Shown one piece after another: positions 54,816-64,000 of a stretch of DNA of 64,000 bases. Under the pieces are notes generated by a model. It was not told the origin of the DNA. It ran no database searches and was given only the letters and a program-made list of their open reading frames with translations. Numbering within the stretch: position 1 is the first letter of the stretch; each line of letters begins with the position of its first letter. Source of the DNA: Octopus vulgaris. Lineage: Eukaryota. The position numbers and the translations under genes were made by a program. The stretch lies in contig OX597816.1 in NCBI GenBank assembly GCA_951406725.2, positions 37,324,001-37,388,000 of the forward strand, given 5' to 3'.

Positions 54816-55270
54816 GTTATCTACCAGTCATAATCTGCCAAATTTAGCACGAACACTCTGTACAAACGTCATATGCACCTACATACATACATACATACAT
54901 ACATACATACATACATACATACATACATACATACATACATGATGATAGCTGCCCCCTCGTTATCGAGTATGGCCATTGCACGAAGCTTAACTGTTATTGG
55001 TACTGTGATCGAATGTGACTTTTATTTGCTTTTTAAGGCTACAACCAGCTATTCAGTTGAGACTCACAGCACCATCAACAATCATGAACAATGTTGTTAT
55101 CGTGCAATGCCTGTGCAAGAAGATTTTTTTAAAGTGAGGAAAGGCTTTGCACTGAGTCAATCCCACTCACTAAGCAACAGCAGCCATAATCCGAAAAGAA
55201 GAACAAGTCAACATCATCGGTAACCACTGAGCCGCAGGTTTTAAGTCGGAGTTATCCCAGTTACCTGAGT

Positions 55271-55763
55271 TACATACATATATACATACATAATACATAC
55301 GTACATACATACATACATACATTCATGCATACATACATAGGTACGTACGTACATACATACATACATACATATATACATACATACATACATAATACATACG
55401 TACATACATACACACATACATTCATGCATACATACATACATAGGTACGTACGTACATACATACATACATATATACATACATACATAATACATACGTACAT
55501 ACATACACACATACATTCATGCATACATACATACATACATACATACATACATACATACATACATACATACATAGGTACGTACGTACATACATACATACAT
55601 ACATACGTACGTACATACATACATACATACATACATATATACATACATACATAATACATACGTACATACATACACACATACATTCATGCATACATAGGTA
55701 CGTACGTACATACATACATACATACATATATACATACATACATACGTACGTACATACATACAT

Positions 55764-55796
<33 letters not shown>

Positions 55797-55890
55797 TACA
55801 TACATACATACATACATACATACATACATACATACATACATACATACATACATACATACATACATACATACATACATACATACATACATA
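55271..55890. repeat. Compound (ATAC)n array with higher-order units
   Basis: TAATACATACGTAC..ATTCATGCATAC..ATAGGTACGTACG recurs about 4 times. Confidence 0.9.
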
Positions 55891-55983
55891 CGCAGCCATC
55901 ACACAGAATAAAAAATATTTTTGTGAACATATCCCTTATGTTCACAAATTGAATTGAATTTTATGAAAATATTGATAGTATTA

Positions 55984-56188
55984 TGACGTATATTTGCCAT
56001 TTGAATATGGCTAACCCCTAAGGGTGAATGCTACTGTAGTTTGTAGCCCCAGGAGGACACCTCCTCCAGCTGGCTATAGACACACTTTCTGTCTATAGCC
56101 AGCTGGAGGAGGTGTCCTCCTGGGGCTACAAACTACAGTAGCATTCACCCTTAGGGGTTAGCCATATTCAAATGGCAAATATACGTCA
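55984..56188. repeat. Perfect inverted repeat, 99-bp arms, 7-nt loop
   Basis: 55984-56082 is the exact reverse complement of 56090-56188. Confidence 0.95.
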
Positions 56189-56653
56189 CGATGTGTTGCT
56201 GCTACTGTTTATAACTCGCTCTGAGATTTATCATTGATTGATAGTATTAATTGTTAGCGAAAACACTGAGTTGATAGAAAGTGTAGAAAAGGGACATACA
56301 TGTTCTGCAGAGATAAGTTTATCAGATCTGAATTCAAATTCTACTGGGATCCTTCATATTCTAACTAATAACTAAATGGCAGTAACCGAATATGGTTCCA
56401 ATCCTTCAAACATTGGGTCTGTGGTTAATCCAAAGAATCAGAATTATTCCATTATTTTATCGCCAAGTGTGTATGTAGATAGATAGATAAATAGATAGAT
56501 AGATAGATAGTTTAAAAAAACAGACAGACAGGCAGACAGACAGGCGGACAGGCAGGCAAGCAGACAGACAAGTGGGCTAACAGGCAGGCAGACAAACAGA
56601 CATGCAGGCAGATATACAGACAGACAGGCAGACAGGCAGACAGGCAGACAAAC

Positions 56654-56696
<43 letters not shown>

Positions 56697-56717
56697 AAGA
56701 AAGACGGATAGATAGAT

Positions 56718-58325
56718 ATGTTTCTTTATTAGCCACACAGGGCTGCACACAGACGGGACAGATTACAAAGTAGAGCTTTTCTTTTTTTTGGAGAAAGAAA
56801 AAGTGGGGTAGGTTTTCGATCAAAAGTGATCGTAAGGGGGAAACAAGAAAAAAAAGAAAGAAAGAAAATAAACAAAAGAAAAGAAAAAAGAAAAAAGGAT
56901 AAAAAGGAAAGGAAAAAGGGGGGGAAAGAAAAAAAAGGGATCGTGTATCACAGTGTCATGATGTACGGTGTAAAGGGAGAAGCAGATAAGGTTTATCTGT
57001 GGGAAGAAAAGCCTACGAAAAAGACCACGGTAACCTCGGTCAATATTGTTACATGTTACCACATTTGTTTGCAAGTGGGTAACCCTCTGTTTTCAATTTC
57101 TGGGTTCATAGGATTATGCTCAAGGTGGCTTCGTCATTCATACGTGCCATCCTTGCTACATTCACCCATCTTTTTTTAAAACATTCGCTAGACAAAACTT
57201 GCCTCTCTACTCTCACTTTCCTTTTCAAGTGATACTTGAAGAAGTTGATAGAGATTGACCAGAGAGGAAAGTGTGCGTCTCCAATCCTTTCAGACGCGTC
57301 CACCAGATACATTCTTTCGCCATAGCCACAAGGATGATGAAAATAGCTCTTCCATCCCGTTTGAAGGAAGGAGGCGTGACAATATTGACGATAGACTCGG
57401 CTAATAAACAGACTCGTCCCACACGTGACAGCAGTTGTTCGACATAAGCCCACAGGTCGGAAATGGTTGGACACTGCACGAGTACGTGCAGAACGGTTTC
57501 ATCGCTCTGACCGCATCTCGGGCAGGTCGGCCCCGTGTTTCTCGAGCCGTGCCTGTAGAGCTTATCCCGAACGGGTAGCGCTTCTCGGTAGCACTGCCAG
57601 GCCAGGGATCTCTGGAAGTTGTCCATGAGCCCTGGTCCGAAAGTCGTCCCGAACAGGCGGGTCAGGTATTCCTCGTCGACGTCCAGGTTCGCCTCGAGCT
57701 CGTCGTCGTACCTCCCCTCCACTAATCCCCTATAGAATGCTTGGGTTGTGTTGGAGTCACTCAAGGTCGACCCGGGACGGCAGAGTTGCTTGAGAGCAAC
57801 GCGACACTCGCGTTGCCATTCGCCTTCCTCGGCCTCTTTTTGATCCACGACTTCAGTTTGGTCATGGAGACGAGTTGCGGGAAAGCGTGCCTCACAAACG
57901 GCGACCACACCTGTTCACCGTCGTCTACATAGAGCCTGAGGTGTCGCAATATCAGCGCGTGTCTGCGCATCATCAACCACGGCATACCCAGTCCTCCTTT
58001 TAACGGGTGTTGACAGCAAATGGATCGCCTGACCATCGGGGCGCATCCTTTCCACAAGAAGCGAAAGAGAATGCGTTCTAGTTTGGTGATGGTAGGGTCG
58101 GGACAAGGCACGACGGTCAGGCGGTAGTAGATGACGGACGCGATGTACGAGTTCGCCACCTCCGCCCGACCTTTTAGGGACAGTTTCCTCTCGGACCATT
58201 GTCGGGCGAGAGTGACCACCCTACTCGTTATCTCGTTCCAGTTCTTCTCCATTTGGAGGTCCGGACCAAACCAGACCCCGAACAACTCGACCGTCGGTCC
58301 AGCGTCCCACGACGGAGGCGCTGGT
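56718..58325 (-). mobile_element. Tx1/L1-clade LINE, 5'-truncated 3' part, inside GATA/GACA microsatellite
   Basis: WSERKLSLKGRAEVAN..RFLWKG..KGGLGMP and zf-RVT-like WQCYREALPVRDKL..CPRCGQSDETVLHVLVQC; pyrimidine-rich 3' UTR ending AATAAAGAAAC. GC-rich relative to the flanks. Confidence 0.85.
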
Positions 58326-58326
58326 G

Positions 58327-58384
<58 letters not shown>

Positions 58385-58453
58385 GTAGGTAGGTAGGTAG
58401 GTAGGTAGGTAGGTAGATAAAAAACAGACAGACAGACAGACAGGCAGACAAAC

Positions 58454-58586
<133 letters not shown>

Positions 58587-58888
58587 TTTTGAGTGTATCA
58601 TAAAGTAACAATTTTAAGACAAAATATTGTAATTGTTTCTATAAAAACTTGAATCATTTTTCTATATATAATTTCGAAATAATATGCTGCTGATACACTT
58701 GTAATATTCTAATTATTTGTGAGGAAAATAACTTGGTTGCTGCAATAGCACATACGCATATATTACAATAGGAAGTATATATGAATCATGATGTCCCTAA
58801 TCTCTGAAGAGAAATCATGGGATTGTGAATCAAATGGTCACCATTGCCATCTAGTTTTGATGCATTCAATTTCGATTTTACCCCATTT

Positions 58889-58937
<49 letters not shown>

Positions 58938-58942
58938 GTTAT

Positions 58943-59357
58943 TTATTTCTTTATTGCCCACAAAGGGCTAAACATAGAGGGGGAAAACAAGAGGAGACAA
59001 AGGGATTAAGTCGATTAGATCGACACCAGTGTGTAACTGGTACTTAATTTATCGACCCCGAAAGGATGAAACGCAAAGTCGGCCTCGGCGGAATTTGAAC
59101 TCAGAACGTAGCGGCAGACGAAATACCTATTTCTTTACTACCCACAAGGGGCTAAACACAAAGAGGACAAACAAGGACAGACAAACGGATTAAGTCGATT
59201 ATATCGACCCCAGTGCGTAACTGGTACTTAATTTATTGACCCCGAAAGGATGAAAGGCAAAGTCGACCTCGACGGAATTTGAACTCAGAACGTAATGCCA
59301 GACGAAATACGGCTACGCATTTTGCCCGGTGTGCTAACGTTTCTACCAGCTCGCCGC
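58943..59357 (-). mobile_element. SINE family B with duplicated body
   Basis: Same architecture as 37574-37987. Confidence 0.85.
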
Positions 59358-59765
59358 ATTCTGTCAAGTTGTTATTAACAACGTGAAAGAGAATAGATGT
59401 GATACCTACTCTACATTTTAAAGTTAACTGACGTTGTGTAGAGATGAATTAATTAATCCTCTGTATGAATTCCTACGTAGACATATAGAATCAAGTCACT
59501 ATGAGAAATGTGTGGTTTCCATGATAGATTATCCGAAGACTTAAATGCATTTGTAGGAAATAGAATACAAATATAATCCAATGCAAAAAATAATGATAAA
59601 TATTTGGCTTCCTATAGATTGTGGTAAAATAAATAGGGAGTTGAGTACTTCTTCAGAGTATTTATTTTCATACCATTAGATTCTGTGTTCAAACGATGCC
59701 TAGGTCGCCTTTCATTTTAAACCCACCTGACGAATAAAATAGTTACACCAGTATACAGATATATA

Positions 59766-59982
59766 AAGGCGATGAGCTGGCAGAATCATTACTGCTCTAA
59801 GAATAAATGCATAACATCGTTTCTTCCAACTTTACGTTCGGATTTCAATTGCCACCGGAATCGACTTTGCTTTTCCTCCTTTCGGGGTCGATAAAATAAG
59901 TATCAGTTGAGCACTGAGGTCGATGTAATCAACTAGTACCCTTCCCCCGCAATTACTGATCTTGTGTCAAAATTTGAAACCA
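59766..59982 (+). mobile_element. SINE family B, degenerate
   Basis: AAGGCGATGAGCTGGCAGAA head and Meta-like core. Confidence 0.7.
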
Positions 59983-60629
59983 ATATACAGCAATATATGC
60001 AACCGACTACACTTTCTCCAACACTAAATGTTTTGAAGGAACCAAATAACTTTATTGATTTGTCACTTCAGATATTTAAATATTATATTCACTGTATCTG
60101 TCTATAAATGAAAACAGTTGTTTCGCAAAAGTCATTTGCAACAAGATTGTAAATAATCTGTAATTGTGAGATGTCTCGATGAAACTCTATTCATATCCAC
60201 TTGATATTTTTGTGACGTATACAACCGAAATTAAATTCAATTACCTTAAATTTTCAAGACGACTTTGATAGCGAAAACGAGAGAATTTAAATGAAGATGT
60301 GTAAAAAAAAAAATTCGTTTCCTCTTTTAAGGCAGATTAAAACAAAATTAATTGTTTCTGATTTTGATAATAGTTTCTGATTAAAGCAAAAACAAAAGTA
60401 AAGTAATTTTTTTAATATTTTTCTAAATATTGGCCTCATTCGGTTTTTATAAAACACAAATTCTGCATTTTTCGGAATTAAATAATAGCCGTAATGGAAT
60501 CCTAACAGTTGAAGTATTACAAACTTGAGTGAAATGACTTTTTCAGGGAATTGAAGTTTGAGTGATTTACTCAGTATGCGTATGTTCGTTTATTTTTCTA
60601 CGTTATTTGCTATTTGAATTTATAAAATA

Positions 60630-61144
60630 CTAGCAGTATAACCCGGCCTTGCCCGGGATTAAATTACGATTATTAAGCTAATCAAGTTCTTTATTTCAAA
60701 CCAAACTAAGTAATATCGACTCTCAACAAAACACTTTTTTACTCGGCGTAAAATAAAAACAAAACTATTTCGTGCCCAAAGTAATGTGTGTGAGAGAGAG
60801 AAGGGGGAGAAAGATGAACGATTTAAAATAAATAAATGATTTAAACTAAATATATTGTAATTGTTGTAATTGAGAAAGTATATATACTATGATTATAAAA
60901 TATAGTGTCTTTCAAAAACATCCTGAATTTGAACACTATATCTCGTGTTTAAGAAAAAACAAAACGTTTTACATTTTATTTTTTGTGAACGTCGTAACTT
61001 ACTCTCTCTCTCTCTCTCTCTCTCTCACTTTGGCTTTCCCGTGAAACTCTCTGCCCCTCTTCCACTTTTCTTTATCTTACTTTTTTTTGTTAGACGCCGT
61101 CAAAAAGCTAAGGCTGAAAATAGATTTTTATGAACGTCGTCACT

Positions 61145-61182
<38 letters not shown>

Positions 61183-61632
61183 GTCTTTCCCGTGAAACTC
61201 TTTGCCTCCTTCTTCCACTTTTCTTTATCTTACTTTTTTTGTTAGACGCCGTCAAAAAGCTAAGGCTGAAAATAGATTTTTATGAACGTTGTCACTTACT
61301 CTCTCTCTCTCTCCCTCTCCCTCTCTCACTTTGTCTTTCCCGTGGAACTCTCTGCCTCTCTTCCACTTTTCTTTATCTTATTTTTTTTTGTTAGACGCCG
61401 TCAAAAAGCTATGGCTGATATTTTTATGGCTAAAAGCAATGGCTGAAAATAGAATTTTACCGCTATCCGCGGGTGCCTCGGGAAAAAAATAAGTAGACAA
61501 AACCCAGATAGGACGTTGACGAATGTCCTCCTAAAATTTGAGCGACATGCGCGCTCATTTGTGGATGTGCATAAACTACAATCACGTACACACACACACA
61601 CGCGCACATCTTGCTTTATATATATATACAGA
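60630..61632 (-). mobile_element. Complete non-autonomous Helitron (~1 kb) with internal tandem repeats
   Basis: Minus strand: A|TCTGTATATATATATAAAG at the 5' end, hairpin CCCGG..CCGGG (60642-60657), then CTAG|T at the 3' end; inserted between A and T with no TSD. Internal units start at 60986, 61131 and 61283. Confidence 0.85.
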
Positions 61633-62391
61633 TGTATCGTGTGTAATCAAGAGTACAGTCATGTAAAATGCCACTTTAGATACTTTATTGGAATAGTTAA
61701 AGGATTAATGCCAGATAATCTACCCGACTAACGACATACTTGAAAATAAATACTTTGTAACGCCAAAATTTCCACAGAAATATGATTATGAAAATGCAAA
61801 GAAATTAATTGGAGAATTGTCTTGTAAACATTTCCTCAGTATTTATACGCTCCACATGATTATGTGACAGTACATGTATTTAGTACAAAACATTAGATAA
61901 TCTAATTCCAGGTTTAGAATATCAGGAGGAAAAATAAATTAGTAACTGTTGGAATGCCTTACTGATTGATTCGCATTGGACTTGGGTTAAACACTAACAT
62001 CATAAAAGTACACGTAATTATAAAAGTTGCTTACTTATCTGTCTTTTGTGACTTCTCTGAAAATATGATCTATAAATAAGATAACACCTGTTATGTCTTC
62101 CAGACATTTTACCAGCCCTCTTTTATCTTTTATTTCCGACACACTTTAATATTCTACCGGTATTTACCAGTATTTATTAAAGTTTTGTAAATTGGAATGG
62201 AACAAACTGTACAGCAAAATTGTTCAACAAGGTGGTGAAAACTGTCGACCGAGATAACATATGCTATGCAACACTGTGTCAGTTGCCTTAAATTCGTTAG
62301 TGTTTTTGTTGTTATTATTAGTCCATAGTTAAGCCATGGTTGAGCAAATCTATTATCAAAACTATATCAAGCATCACTTTTTCGTACTCAC

Positions 62392-62895
62392 TTAAACCTT
62401 TCACTCCCTATGGAGCAAAGACCATCGACGACTTTTTTCAACTGGCCCCAACTTTGGGCAATCTTTCCTGTTTCTTGAAAGTTGGATCCCTGCTTCTTTT
62501 ACCTCCAGTTCTTTATTCCACCTCCAGCTCCTTTTGGATTTCGCTGCAGCACGTCATATTTTGCCCTCCTAGCAGCAAGGTTTTATGTTTCGATTCCAAC
62601 TGCTTTGGACCATCTGAAATAAATCGGTAAGGTAAAGAAGCTGGACAAGTGGATTTCTGCTTCTAGGTTTTGTTCGCTTTGAATTATCATCGATGCTTCT
62701 GTAATTTTGCATTTTTTCTAGATTGGGATATTTATCTTATGCAAAGCCACTTTTCTTTATAGGTAGAGATGATCCGTATTAGTTTGACCTCTGTTCATTG
62801 AAAAATCTAACATGGGAAGCCCTACAAAGAGCTTGCAGTCGGCTGACATAAATCTCAAGTTCAATGAGGCACAAAAGCCACCACACCCAAACAAG
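62392..62895 (-). mobile_element. RTE-derived bipartite element with an embedded mariner fragment (62577-62655, + strand)
   Basis: IAQSWGQLKKVVDGLCSIG C-terminus and GGTGGCTTTTGTGCCTCATTGAAC 5' UTR-like segment; the insert translates VSIPTALDHLK*IGKVKKLDKW. Confidence 0.5.
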
Positions 62896-63260
62896 CACTA
62901 GGGCTATATGTTATTTAGATATATTTTTGGAACAAAAACGCAATAGAGGAAAATAAGACATTTGGACAGATAGACGAAACAAAGGCGAACAGGAAAAACA
63001 ACAGTTAGGACAGGGAAAAAATGGACGGGTCATTTGTGGCCTTCTTTCTTCAGTCAAGTTACCAAATGTCCTCATAGTTTCGGGTAGTTACACTTGAGGC
63101 TGTTCGATCTGGTTGCCCCACAAAAAGTCTAAACTAGAGCATTAAATTTTTTGTAAGAAAGCTAGCGATATGTACGGCAACAAAGACAAAAATCGGAGGA
63201 CATAGTACACAATTATAAATAGAAACAAGAATATAACAACAGGTATCTTTCGACTAAGGA

Positions 63261-63603
63261 CGAATCAAATTGAGCTGACGTGTATGAAGTGAAAGCCTAA
63301 AGGCAGGAAGATAGGAGCTGGACATACGAGGTGTTGGCGGTCGGCAGTCAGGCCAAGAAAGAAAGATCATGGCTGGCCGGACACCAGTCACATGGAAGGA
63401 GGATAGAGGGGTAGGAGACAGCGGGATTGAAGGATTAGAAAAAAAATCAAAGCGACACACCTCCTCCTTCCATGTGACTGGTGTCCGGCCAGCCATGATC
63501 TTTCTTTCTTGGCCTGATTGCCGACCGCCAACACCTCGTATGTCCAACTCCTATCTTCCTGCCTATAGGCTTTCACTTCATACACGTCATCTCAATTTGA
63601 TTC

Positions 63604-63604
<1 letters not shown>
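63261..63604. repeat. Inverted repeat, 143-bp arms, 58-bp spacer
   Basis: 63261-63403 vs 63462-63604, about 4 mismatches. Confidence 0.95.
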
Positions 63605-63659
<55 letters not shown>

Positions 63660-64000
63660 GTGTCATTTGACGCACGTTCAGTTCGTGTGCTACACACTTG
63701 TCCAGCTTCTTTACCCTGCCGATTTGTTGCAGATGGTCCAAAACAGAATCGAAACATCAAACTTTGCTGCTAAATCACGCGTAGTTTGAGATGTATCCGC
63801 TTCCACTACAGTTTCCAGCTCATCATTATCTACCTTTGTCTCAGTTCTACCACGGGGCAAATGTTCAAGAGTAAAGTCACCAGACCAGAACTTCTCAAAC
63901 CATCGACGTACAGTGCGCTCATTCGCCACATCTTTACCAAACACCTCATTGTCTGGGATGCATTGGTTCCACGACGGAACTCATGTTCACAAACAACACG
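63660..64000 (-). mobile_element. Mariner transposase N-terminal fragment (same family as 8261-9533), cut by the window end
   Basis: FGKDVANERTVRRWFEKF.SGDFTLE..RGR..ELETVVEADTSQTTRDLA. Confidence 0.85.

Overview
AT-rich eukaryotic (metazoan) DNA with no recognisable host protein-coding exon. The SINE families and the dense (TA)n/(ATAC)n/(AAT)n microsatellites look like an octopod (coleoid cephalopod) intergenic or intronic region; this is inference. The window is almost all repeats: degenerate R4/Dong-type RLE LINEs, a near full-length CR1-group LINE with an unusual ORF1, a Tx1/L1 3' fragment, Penelope-like (RT + GIY-YIG) pieces, mariner/Tc1 relics, a hAT MITE, Helitrons and several tRNA-derived SINE families. 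Most ORFs in the track are microsatellite translations. The most notable unexplained structure is a set of hammerhead-ribozyme (HHR) motifs. The best case is a 546-bp-period tandem repeat (14436-15505) with a complete type I HHR in each unit, resembling a retrozyme or Penelope pLTR. Also notable: a SINE 3' tail shared with the Tx1 LINE, and two long near-perfect hairpins. All alignments and folds were done by eye, and element boundaries are approximate unless TIR/TSD positions are given.
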